A stretch of DNA of 63,928 nt, filler included, from Licmophora abbreviata (taxonomy: Eukaryota), in the NCBI GenBank assembly GCA_900291995.1. It is 11 parts of 11 records of this genome, joined end to end, with 100 filler letters (N's around TTAATTAATTAA, not from the genome) between each part and the next. Parts side by side here need not be neighbours in the genome. Positions count along the whole stretch, not along the records: positions 9,346 to 18,928 come from OLMU01000513.1; positions 19,029 to 30,554 come from OLMU01000514.1; 9 more parts are not named here. One strand, written 5' to 3'. Made by a program: the position numbers and the translations under genes. Of the stretch, positions 10,532-22,524 are shown piece after piece. Numbering within the stretch: position 1 is the stretch's first letter; each line of letters begins with the position of its first letter. The notes beneath the pieces are model-generated. The model saw nothing but the letters and a program-made list of their open reading frames with translations, was not told the DNA's origin and ran no database searches.

Positions 10532-12386
10532 TTATCCGAAACCACCTCCGCCACCGCGGCCAGCATTTTTCCGCTTCTTGGCCGCTCGCCGTGAAGCTCG
10601 ATTCCCTCCAGACATCATGCCCTCGGCAGGAGCGCCCCCAGCCATCGCTGCCTCTTGCCCAGCAGCTTCACCTCCCATTTGCTTCTGCATGCGGCTCATC
10701 ATGGTCCTCATTCGCTGAAATTCACTCATAAATGCGACGCCTTCGTCGAATTCGCAACCGGAGCCCTTCGTAAGGCGCTGTATACGAGATCGGGCTGTCG
10801 AATCGGTGATGAGTAGCTCCGGATTGGCTCGTTCCTTCTTGGTCATACTTTGGATCATGGCTTCGCTCTTTTTGAGTCTCTTCTCTGCCGTCCGGACCTG
10901 GTTACCGTCAAGGTTTCCAGCCATGCCCGGCATCATCTTGGCAACACCGGCGAGACTTCCCATTTTGGTTACAAGCTTGGATTGCTTCAGGAAATCATCA
11001 AAATCGAACTTGGCATCAAGCATCTTTTGCTGCATCTTAAGCGCTTCGGCATCGGAGACTTCAGCGGCTGCCTTTTCGACCAAGCTTATCACGTCACCCA
11101 TACCGAGAATACGTGAGGCCATACGATCGGGATAGAATGGTTCGAGATCGGCCGTCTTTTCGCCTGTACCAACAAACTTGATGGGCTTTCCACTGACGCC
11201 ACGCACACTCACGGCCGCACCACCCCTAGAGTCACCATCAAGCTTCGTCAAGATAGCTCCCGAAATGCCGACGGCTGAATCGAAAGAGGCCGTTAATGAT
11301 GCAGCTTCCTGTCCCGTCATGGCGTCTACCACCAAGAGAGTCTCCGATGGATTCACTGAGATCCGAAAAAGAATACGCAACGACGTTAGCTAGAGAATCA
11401 CGCCGTTCAATAAAGGAGTCACAGTGCTGATAATGAAACGTACCTGTATTCTTGATTCTACGCAGTTCGTCCATCAAGTCGTCATCAATCACCTGGCGAC
11501 CAGCCGTATCTACAATCACCGTGTCGTAGCCACCCGATTTGGCTTTTTCTAGTGCCGCCGCAGCGATATCCACCGGATCTGCCTCTGTGCCCATACTAAA
11601 CACTTCGATACCAATGCTTTCTCCCAGAATTTCCAGTTGCTTAATTGCTGCAGGACGGTAGACATCTGCTGCAGCCAATAGCACCTTTCTTTCTCGCTTG
11701 GGCAGACGCGTAGCCAGAATCTTCTTTGCTTCCTCCTCGCCCATGGCATCGACCGCGTCGTAGTTGACTTCACGTTCTTTCAGATACAAGGCTAATTTTC
11801 CTGCTGCAGTTGTTTTTCCCGCACCCTGTAATCCTGCCAACAGCACGACAGCAGGATCTGAGTCGGATCCCGTCGCCAAGGTGGAAGCGGGGGCACCCAG
11901 TCCAGGTTCATTCCGAGCAGACGCCGACGAGTCCCCACCCATCATGTCCAAGAGTTCGTCATACATTGCCTTGACAAACTGTTGATCCGCAGTGACTCCC
12001 TCTAGAACTTGCTTTCCTAAGCTGCGTGTTTTGACTCCCTCAATGAGCGTATCGGCGACTCCAATATTGACATCCGCGTCGAGGAGTGCGCGTCGCACAT
12101 CACGCAACGCCGGCTTGATGGATTCTTCCGTCATTCCTTTCTTGGGGCCGAAGTTCTTCGTGACACTGCTGATCGCTGATGACAGCTGCTCAAACATCAT
12201 GCTGAGGCCTGTAGAGCCGCGGGACGAGCTGTGTGGATGCCGATGATTCGGTGGACGCAGAATGAGATGATGGTGCCCGTCGGCGACGAAGGACGATGTC
12301 AACGAGATACGTCGTGACGGAGCAAACGCCAGCGTCACTGTCGCTGTTGACAGCCATACGACCGCGACGCCATACGGTGGTCTCAT
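10532..12386 (-). CDS. cpSRP54: Plastid signal recognition particle 54 kDa protein (Ffh homologue)
   Basis: Signal peptide with TLA-FAP; ALLDADV, GLQGAGKTT, DVYRPAA, DTAGR, TKLDGDSRGG, FYPDRMASRILGMGD, Met-rich M domain. Intron 11356-11443. Confidence 0.95.
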
Positions 12387-12616
12387 TGTGGGTAGGCAAA
12401 AGCAGCAAATGTGCTGTAGCGAGGAACGATTGTGCCGTTCTCCGACGTCCACTCATTGCCATCTTCCATCACCGTCGTCATCGCGTTCATCGTCATCAAG
12501 TCTCCGGGTTTCCAAAAGCGACGATTTATTGATTTATTGCGACGCGCTGACCATGACCACGCCGACCAAGCTGCCGTCGCGGCTGCAATAGTGTTGTAGA
12601 AAGCCAGTGTTTCGCC

Positions 12617-13516
12617 ATGTTGCGACATCGTGCGCCGCATCAATCATGTGCGGATGGCTCCTCCGACTCTCCAGTACACGGTAGTGAATGTATCCAATAC
12701 TCAACGACAAACGTGCACCCATCCTCCCGCAAGTGGATGTTCCTTTCGGGCGTATTGGCTGTCGCACTGGTCGTTCAAGGATGCGTATTGGTGAAGCCAT
12801 CTTCTTCAGGTGGAAGGTTTTCGCTATTGTCTACCACCAGTGCGGGAATGACCTCTGACGATTGCATGGTGTCGTTTGGAACGTACAATGGACATCAGTA
12901 CACGACAAGAGACGGCGGTACGATCGGGACTCCCAAGTGCCTCGTTGAGTCGAAATGGATGAAGGTACAGCAGCATCAAGTCCGCATGCCGGGTAGTTCG
13001 AATGAAGTCATTGACGATTGGCTGTGGATTGATTATCACGATCGAATCAACGTGTTGGTAGAAGATGAAAACTCAACCGAGAATGACCGTCGCTTTCTTG
13101 TGTTTGAACAAACCAAATATGCATTGGAAGGCCGCACTTCCCTTGCCATTATTGGAGGTATCATTGAACCAAGGGAAGAGCCTCGAGTCGCGGCGGAACG
13201 AGAAGTGGAAGAAGAAATGGGAGGAATGCAATGTCAAGACTTCAATTTTCTAGGGAGGTACCGCACCGATGTGAATCGCGGGATCGGTTGGGTCAACTCT
13301 TTTCTGGCGACACATTGCAGTAGACGAAAGCACAAACAACGCAGGCGAGAAGCGGTGGCGGAAGAGGTGGGTGCAGCTGATACCGAGCGACAGGATCTTA
13401 AATCGATCACGCTAACGGAACTACGAGAGTCATCACGCAAGGGCGACTTCCTCGAAGTGCAATGGTCGAACACGGTGGCGTTGGCTCTACAACACCCCGA
13501 GATTTCAGAGAGATAA
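12617..13516 (+). CDS. Nudix hydrolase with N-terminal hydrophobic segment
   Basis: Nudix box GIIEPREEPRVAAEREVEEEMG; hydrophobic stretch WMFLSGVLAVALVVQGCVLV. Confidence 0.8.
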   Translation: MLRHRAPHQSCADGSSDSPVHGSECIQYSTTNVHPSSRKWMFLSGVLAVALVVQGCVLVKPSSSGGRFSLLSTTSAGMTSDDCMVSFGTYNGHQYTTRDGGTIGTPKCLVESKWMKVQQHQVRMPGSSNEVIDDWLWIDYHDRINVLVEDENSTENDRRFLVFEQTKYALEGRTSLAIIGGIIEPREEPRVAAEREVEEEMGGMQCQDFNFLGRYRTDVNRGIGWVNSFLATHCSRRKHKQRRREAVAEEVGAADTERQDLKSITLTELRESSRKGDFLEVQWSNTVALALQHPEISER

Positions 13517-13735
13517 ACTGACAAACGAATCAGCAAGTCCTGTTTCGAAGGGATGACGACCATGTCCCAGCTGTACAATAGATTTTTATTCTTTTAGTGC
13601 TACAGAGCGAATGCTGTATTTAATCAGTAGTTCCGTGTGTGCGTGAGTGTGTAGATGATCGTGAAGGATGTACACAAAAGCGGAGTCCCATGAGCCTGTG
13701 CTTCTCTCAAGCGATCGAAAGCCGCCACTTCGGCA

Positions 13736-16128
13736 TCAAGCGTCAACAGAAAGAATACTTGCAGCGGCAGAAGTCTCTCTCGCGATGACAAGTTCGACAA
13801 ACTTGGAAAAGTATGCTCGGAACTGTTCGGTCTCCGTCGCATTGATCGTAATCTCGCTTGAAGCGTTGCTGCACACGCTGCTGCTGCGATGAGCTGAGAA
13901 AGCTGCGTAACTCTGGCTCCGAGCAAGACTTTGAGGCTTCGCATCCACACGGCTTGGTGGTGAACTGGAATCATCGACGGAGGACTTCTTGAACGTCGCG
14001 ACGTTCACCGTCGCCCGCGCCGGCGGAAGCGTCACATTGTCAGGAGCCGCGTCGGTGAAGGCCACAGTCGGAGACTTGTAGGACTCTTCAGGGTTTTCCA
14101 GGCCTACAAACGACACCGAGAGCCCCCTTGCCGGTCGCTTCTCCTCTTGCAGATCAATACGAAACGAGCTGCCTGTCGGTGATTCACGCGGTGACGAGCT
14201 GAACGACTCCAAGTCAGACTCCGAATTTCGTGCACTCCCTGGGCGGACGTGCCAGAAGCCATCCGAGTCGTCAGATTCAACAGACGGAGATCTTGCCTTG
14301 GTGCGTAGCATAGATATGCTGGAGTCCAACTGTACGTCAGCAACGATGCACGCGGCCCATTCATCGCATTCTTCGCGCTCGGTGGTCGGATCCTCCGAAT
14401 CCGAACCAGTATCGGAAACCGAAGAGTTTGTCATACCAGGTGGAAGGCTGAATGGCTCTTGACTCCGCTCGGACGCACGCGCCAAGGACAGAATGTTCTC
14501 TGCCGAAGCCGATTTGAAGATAATGGGCGTCTTTTGCGTAGGTGGATTTACAAGCAAACTTCCACCGCCTGGAGAGAGCTGCTCTGCCAGGGCGCGGGAA
14601 GCGGCTGAGTGATGCCAGCGTCCATTCTCGACGGCACTTGTGGCCAGCTCGGACGCCATCGATGTGAGGACTTCGAGTTTCGACGGGATTGCGCCATCGA
14701 TATCGTTGCGGCAGCACATGATGGCAATATCGTAAAGCGACAGTCCAGCCTTCACTCCCGCTTGAAGAAGCTTGGATGATGCACGGAAGTAATCGATCGC
14801 TTTTGTGTCAAGGTTGAGTCGCTCCTTCAACAAGCGAGCATCGGCGTCAATGTCGAGCTTCCGGATGAACTTCTTGTGCTTCCTGGACAGTGGCTGTGGC
14901 ATACAGGAAGAACAAACAGGGTCCCGTGAGATTAAATCTTTCATCATCCACCCCGCACACATCAGTCTCCTACGCTACGTACCTCTTTCAGCTGTGGCCA
15001 GTCAAGCCAGCACCAATCCATCCACGAAACGTCACAGACTGAACGAAGGCAATATCCGTGGTCAATGGGAACCAATTCTATGCTATTGTCCCGTCGGCGA
15101 CGACACAAGAGATTCGCAGGATTCCTGTCGCCATTCATTACGCGAATGTCGAGAATTGCAATCTTGTGAACTTCCTCGACGCTAATCATGGTGTGGCTCA
15201 AATCGTCCATCGTGCACTCGGCATTCACGTACTCTTGAATCGACCCAGCCTTCTTTTGTGCAGCTGGTCGCGCTGAAGAAAGTGGATTCAACGAGTGCGA
15301 ACCGACAGCGGCGCCACCTTCGGAGACTTTCAGCATGGCGCCGTTTGTGTTGAACGCACTAGGGTGGCACGCCTCGGCGAGTGTCGTCATGGGCACGCCG
15401 CTGACCCCGTCGTGATCAAGCAGGTACGCAGCCACCTCTCGAATGCAAGCTTCACCAGGAATGATCCCTTCCCGCAGCGCCAGCTGCGTTCCATGGGGGC
15501 TTCCTGCGGTCGAGAGAACTTGCTTGAGGTAGCCGCGAGGGTTGTTCTCCGCATAAGGTTCCTCATCGGACGGCTTGAACGTGGCGACCCTGACCTTGCG
15601 AGCATCGTGCAAAAAGTATGTACCTCCTGAACCGTCAAGGGCGAGCGCTGGCTTCAAACCTAGAGCTAGGCCTCGACGAGCTTGTTGTACAATGCGGCGA
15701 AGAGGCTTTGGGCAGGAGTCGACCATTGACGACGACACACAAACATCGGCCGTCGCCATGGACCGAAGCGATGACAACGAAGAGAACCCTGGAGTTGAAA
15801 GAGTGTCTACTGAGCCACCCTTGATGTCTAGGAACATGGTTTCACCTGATCGATAGATTCCTGCGTCATTCAAAGTTCGATTGTTCGGCAGTTCTCCGCC
15901 CGAAGTCATGAGAGGTCCGTAGTAGAGACGCTGAGCAGACGGAGGAATGTGCAGATCTCTATGAATGACATCCTTGACATCCTTGATTGAAGCCCATGAG
16001 CGGACCTTGAGGGCTCGCTTCCTCTCTTGGCGGTCACGGACGTCTCGGACAAACAGCTTGAGATCTGGTCCGCGGTAGGCATCCCGAAGATCCAGGGCCT
16101 TATTCATGCTATTGGCGGGATCCTTCAT
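13736..16128 (-). CDS. Type II phosphatidylinositol 4-kinase (plant PI4K-gamma-like) with N-terminal ubiquitin-like domain
   Basis: UBL ([18 protein letters not shown]); kinase motifs [51 protein letters not shown]. Intron 14894-14982. Confidence 0.9.
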
Positions 16129-17068
16129 GATGATCGATGATGGACTGAGCTTGTAGAGCTGAGAAAGGTTTGAAAAGATTTCCCGTTTGGTGGTGGTCGC
16201 TCAAAAAGCGAAAGCGGGACCGCCCGTGGCACGGCGGAGGCGGGGACACGACGACGATCGAAAGTAGAGGAAATCGCGGGAAGAAACAAGATCCAGAAGC
16301 TCGCGATGAGAATTTCAATATTTTTTGCCGGAAAACGCTCCAGCGACTCCTTCCTCCTCAACCCCAGACAGCGTTCACCCCTGTGGAAGATTACAAGCCA
16401 CGAGAAGGAACAAGGCTGCGGTAATCAAGGCAAAGGAGGACACCAACGTCGCCACCAGAGGCAAAACAAGATCGGATGAAAGAACTTATGCACTCCAAGA
16501 AGTTCGTTCAGAGCACTGTCAACGTAGGAATTAGTACAGATTGTACGTCTAGTGACCACCCTGTGTCAAGGTCAAACAACGCAGAGCAAACGTGCAATAG
16601 CACAACAATCAGCCACGTATAAAATATAATGACACCGATTGAACGATGTGATGTCAGCGTGACGTACCCAGAAAATTTGATCAATCGTGGAACGGACTGT
16701 CTGCTCTCCAAAACTTTGAGACATGTGGGCTAGTCTTTGCTGACGGGTACAACGTAAACAGCAGTATAGCAGTAATGCCCTTTAGGCGATCAGGTCCCAT
16801 GTAGGCCGAGATACTAGAGAGTCTATGCGCTAACTTTTAACAAAGAATGAAAGTATTTTGTACGGGTAGGGTGTAGTACTCGCTTCGTCGCATGTACCGA
16901 TGTTATCGGTATGAGCACTACTGCTAGCTCAAGTTAGCTAGTAGAACCTAGAAGCCAGAGTCGCACAATCTTATCGGCGGCCTAGTGAGCTGCTGCCTGG
17001 CCCATTGGTTTTCTAGACAGTATGCAGATTCGTCCTATTCATGTAACGCCACCGCTCAAGTCTGTCGC

Positions 17069-18763
17069 CTATGAAAAGTCCCTACCCGGAAGGAGTCGCG
17101 GGGCGACAAGCGTCCACAGATACAGTGCCATGACGAGCCACTGTGACGCAATGATCATCCACATGCTAACTTTTCCGACGTCCGGGTCGTAGACAGTACC
17201 ACCGGATTCGATGGATCCCCATCCAGTGAGAGTCATGGCGTACCAGCAACTAACAAGCGCGAGGACCATATTCAACTTCCAGCTGTTCGAAAGTCCGTTG
17301 GATCTCTCTTGTTCAGAATCGGCGGGTGACGTTACTGCCGCCTCCTCCTCTTCATTACCACTTGATCCATAGTCCTGATTGGTTACGACGCCGGTGACCT
17401 TGTTTTCTTCGTCGGGTTCACGTTGGTAACCATCGTCGGCAGCCGACTCCAACGCCTGGTCCCTAGAACATGACAAGAGTGACAGATAAGAAACATTAGT
17501 ACACCGTACGTGAACGACACGCGCCCACACGTGACGAAAGGAACGTACGGGTCACCCGTGATCTTCGTTTCCGCCGTGGAGGACCACCCCGTCCAGGCCA
17601 GGCTGGAAAGTGTGACTCCGACGCCGAGGATGATACCGGCAACGTCGTCCTCGCCTAGTAGAGGGTTACACTCGCCATCTGGATTCTTCGAGACTAAAGC
17701 GCAACAGAGACACGGGACAATTGCAAGCGTAAGCTACCATGCAAACAATTGAGACTAAGGACGTCAGGCAGCTTACCAGCTGTGTAGCACAGGAATGTAG
17801 CATACGTAACAATTGTCGCACTCGCAAGAAGACTGCCCTCCTCACCGCTGAGCTGCGCTGCGGTGACAACGACACTTCCCACAACAGTAACAGACATGAA
17901 GGCCATATTCGTTCCACAGCCCGAGAAGTAGTTGAACATCAGGGCGATTCCAGCAATCGACGACACAAAGAGGATTGTACAAGAAACAAGAATGGCGCTT
18001 AGCCACTTCTTTCCAGAACCCGCCTGTTCGGCTTCGTCGACGTTGGCTTTCCCAACCCAGCTATCGTTCCAGTTGTAGGCCATGTCAATGAGGATAATTT
18101 GCTCGAATAGGATGAAAAGAACCGATCCAACCCGTGCAATGTTGAGATAGATAGGGTCAAAGATCGGGTCGTTCGGAATAAAGCACGTCGCCAACGTGAG
18201 AAAACAGAATAGAACGTACTTGGCAGGCCACGCTTCCCGGTTCGCGGTTGGTTTACAAGCCACGGCAAGTGCCGCAAGAAAAAAGAAGAGTGTCGCGCTC
18301 GAGGCAGCTCGATAGACGGCCGAGTTGCCAACGCACCGTTCGATCAGATCATCCGAAGCCAGGTTCGTGCAGCCATCAGTCCACGCGTCGACGACGTAGT
18401 TGCTAAAGGAAAAGTCAACAATGCGAGGTGCCACAGCATACTGAAAGACGAAGGCAAAGATGATGGACATGACAAGCAAAAGGACAGATCTTCGCCGTCC
18501 CGATGTTGCGCTCGGGGGAATGTGAGAGGGCTTGTCATTGCCGAGGCACGAGGACATAAGAGACCCTGTTGCGCTGCAGCAGCACCATGCGGCTCCAGTG
18601 ACCAGACAGGAAGCGATGGATCCCTATGTGATGACGCCAAGGCATGGGAGGGGCATGAGAAGTGGTGGACTCGGTGACATTCGGCATAGCGGGACTCAAA
18701 TGAAGACACTCGCAGGTTTCGGGCCATGGAAAGGCAGAGTAACATTCAACGGAAACGCACCAT
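17069..18763 (-). CDS. SERINC: Serine incorporator (Serinc/TMS1) membrane protein
   Basis: ATG-only exon (18761-18763), intron 18624-18760, then GSIASCLVTGAAWCCC; CVGNSAVYR, ILIDMAYNWNDSW, YAMTLTGWG, SQWLVMALYLWTLVAPRLLPGRDFS*. Further introns 17694-17776 and 17463-17548. Confidence 0.92.
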
Positions 18764-19228
18764 TCCTTGTTTCTACTCTTGCGCAAGTTGTTCGAACGCG
18801 TTTACTAGGTCTTCTAGGTACCAGGGAGGTTTCGTATCACAGAGAAGATCTCGAGACACGTCTTTCTGCCGGCATGAGTCGCTTCTGTCATTGTGATGGT
18901 GTCGTCCGACGCGAGGTGCGCCGGGAGTNNNNNNNNNNNNNNNNNNNNNNNNNNNNNNNNNNNNNNNNNNNNTTAATTAATTAANNNNNNNNNNNNNNNN
19001 NNNNNNNNNNNNNNNNNNNNNNNNNNNNTCCCGCTGCCTTGTCATACGTTAGTATCATAGCTACACTATTAGACGCTGGACCTGCCGACAGAAGTTAAAA
19101 GCAAAGACGTACACAAACGTTTTTCTTTATGGCATAGTGTCGTTGCGCTGCGCTTGTTTAGCTGGATGATAGTGAATGATTTGTACGGCAGAAATAGTAT
19201 TGCTCGACAAGCGAGAAGATCAGCACGA

Positions 19229-21867
19229 TCACTCGGGTTGACCTCTCTTGGGAGACTGCATCAGCATGAGAGATTCAATGGCACTTCTCTCTGTCGCGTC
19301 AGCACGACCTTTTCCCTCGGTCTTGACTTTCTTGGAGGGTGCAGAAGAGGCATCGCAACTTTGACTGCCGGCTGAGATTCGAGACGCAAAGGAGGCATCC
19401 TTTTGCAGAGGACGTTTCTTGGGTGGGCGATGCTGAGACGGTGAATCGCTACTTCCAGCGGATTCAACCACTCCAAGAGCAGCACTAGCGCCAGAAGAGA
19501 CCATCGCAGCACTGCTGCCAGGCTCTTCAAGTGTTGTTTGCTTCTGATGCGACTCTTTCTTCGCGACGAAACGAAAGCTCTCTCCCATCGTCTCGTCGCC
19601 GTCACGGATCGGACGGAGACATAACAGCAGCTCCTTGACCTCTTTACTTGATACTGTTTTAACCGATGAAGTCTTGCCCGAAGACGATTGGCTATCCGAT
19701 TGTGCGGTAAACCCAGTCATCTTCTCGTCGATGGCTTCCTCGTTTAAGTCCCGCGTTCGGATGGAAGACGTAACTTCGCACCAGATGGTCGTCAAGTCGT
19801 CGCGAATCAGACAAAGTGTACACGTTGGAGCTAGAGGCGTGGGCCTCCCGACTGATGTGAAGCACGAAGATGGATGTGTTATTAGAAATCGTGTCAAACA
19901 AACAAGCAAGCCAAACTGATTGAATGAAGTTGCTTACCGTTCTGGCTCGTACTGGTGCTTTCACTGAACGTATCTTCTCTGGAGCTTTCATTAGACTCTC
20001 GATACCCCGAATCTTCTGAAGCATTCTCGACGTTATCTTTCCGAGACTTCTTCTTTTCGACACCCACCAAGAGCGAGTTGGATGAGCTCGATGAGCTCTG
20101 GTTTTCCAACTCATCCAAACGGTGTCGCTTGCGGATTTTACCTTCGATCGGCGAGTCTGCCCGGTGCTGGAGCGACGAGAGTCTCGCATCGGCATTGTTT
20201 GCAGTAACTGATGCTCCAGTCACGTCATCCTTGTGAGCGGAACTAGCTTTGGGGCTCGCGGAGCTCTTCGACATCATTTTCTTGTTGTGCCATCGAACAT
20301 TTCGGTTCAATGCTTCGCTTGCTGTGTGCAAGTTCCTCGCGTCCGACGACGATGACAAGGAGTCGTCGCTACTGGATTGAGGCCTTGGCCTATCGGACGT
20401 TGGTTTGCTCGCAGAGAGATCAGAGTTATCGGCTGGATTGACCTGGCTGTCGACCTTTACGACTGCCATTGGGAAAGATTGTTCGGTGCTGCCCATGGCG
20501 CCTCCAGACGAGAGCTCGGCCGCGACAGCTGCCGACGAATGAACCGACGCCGTCTTGTTTTCATCCCCATCCTTGTTTGATGGAACATCGTTGGCCCCTC
20601 CTTTATGACTCAGACTTCCCGGTGGAGGAGGCGAAGTTCTGTCCTTCAGAGATTCTTTGCTCGCTTCCTCTTCGGCGGCAACAAGCTCTTTGACGAGCTG
20701 GTTGAGAGAGGCACGCGATGCTGGAATCAATATATCGGAGAGCTGTGCCCCAATCAGGTCCTCAACACTGTGGCAGAGAACTCGTTCCACCTAAACGATC
20801 AAGGACGGTGTCAGTCGGTGACATAAGAGGAGCGACCGAACCATACAAACGAATCATGACGAATGTGACGTACCTGTCCACTGCAGAACGTGATTTCGCC
20901 GCCTACTGAGATGCTTATTACCAAGTCGGGAAGAAGCGAGAGGATCAGCGCTTGGCGCCTGAGGCGGGCATTCACCTTGGTCATTTCTTCAACCAAAGCC
21001 TTCTTGCGAGCACGAGATGTAAAGGCCGACTTTCGATTCGCAACTCGTTTCGCAGCTCGTTTCTCCTCCTTTCTTCGGGCTTCAGCCAACAGTAAGGCAA
21101 TCGGCTGAGGAATCGATTTGTTCGCGTCTCGTAGAAGCTTGACATGTGCCTCTGCAGCGACGAAGTAAGACAAATAACATTAATATGAGTCACAGACCGC
21201 GCGGTTGTTTGAGGCCCCCTCCATAGCATGTCGTATCCTTACCTAGCCGATCAAGTTTCCAAAGCTGCATGCTCGAAAGCATGGCGTTTGCAATCGTGCC
21301 CGAAGAAGCCGCAGCAGATGCATGCGCTGCCGCAAAGTTGGCAGCTGCAGCGGCAGAGTGAGCTGGATGCCCAGTCAGTCCACCGCTATGAGCCTGCCCG
21401 ACGGAATGACCAGCAGGTTGGGACTGAGGTTGTCCGGAAACATGTGACGGTACCTGAACAGGAGCAACTATTGATCCTGGAAGTGATGAAATTGGGAGAA
21501 GCCCGGTGCCTAAAAGCGAAAGGACCTGTGGCGTTAAGGCTATCGAAGTTTGCTGAGATGGATGCGGATGCTGCACACCGACCATCGAGTTGGTCGGATT
21601 GGGCGCAATCAAAGTCGTCCCGGGCACAGACTGGGGAACACCACCGCTCATTACATGGTTGAGGGACGTTGCCATCTGTTGGCTCGCAGCGGCCAATACC
21701 GCCGCGGCAGCTGAAGCATGTGGATGAAGTACACGGGGCGGCATGACACCAACTTGGCCGACACCAGGGGCTGAATTCATTTGCAAACTAGCAGCTGCCT
21801 CGCTTGATGATCTGAAGAGACCACCAGGAGGCGCCTTGCTGTCAGAAGGCGCCCCTATCGCGTCCAT
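19229..21867 (-). CDS. bZIP-PAS transcription factor
   Basis: Basic region KRAAKRVANRKSAFTSRARKK and zipper; PAS N-half LPDLVISISVGGEITFCSGQVERVLCHSVEDLIG; PAS C-half CLIRDDLTTIWCEVTSSIR..ELLLCLRP. Introns 21152-21242, 20791-20873, 19852-19937. Confidence 0.85.
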
Positions 21868-22524
21868 GCTTGTGGTTGTAGCCGCTCTCCCAGTCACTCT
21901 CTGATTTGATTTCGGTCGACCGTCTCGTCTCGGATTGTTCGAATCCTCGATTCAGAAGTTGAATTCGCTCCAAAAGATTAGGACGACGTCTATATGTATT
22001 GGGGAGCTTTAAAGGTCACTTCTCCTGTTGTTGCCTTGTCAAAGGTGCTTTCTATTGTGCTCTTCCTTGCCGATTTGTTCGGAATGAATGACGGCTGAGA
22101 GCGAATCATGGGGGAAGTCAAAGGCAGCTGCTCCCACAGGATGTCGCAGCAGGTGACTGGGTCAAATTATTTAACTCTATCTCTGCTACTACGACATTAG
22201 CTGACACTCTCATTGACGACTTTCTGTCGCAGTGCTGCACGCGATTAAGTCATACATTTTACACCCCATCTGTCATGTATATGCATGTGACTAATTATTG
22301 AGTATAATTTTCATCATCGAGCGATGAGGTATTCCATACCAAGCTGCAGTTTGCGAACTTTTTGGTCCAATCACATGCATCATACCAATTCTGTCTTTCA
22401 ACCGAAAAACTCACTCTTGGAGATTTGGTGACACGTGGAAGAAACCAAAGTTGACGAAACGGCAATTCCGCACGTCTCGATGAACCCAAAACGTAAAGTG
22501 ATTGATGGGCGGCAATGTTTCAGG

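Noticed and set aside
15780..16128. Ubiquitin-like domain on PI4K as a novel fusion
   Set aside because: UBL-containing type II PI4K-gamma proteins are already known from plants.
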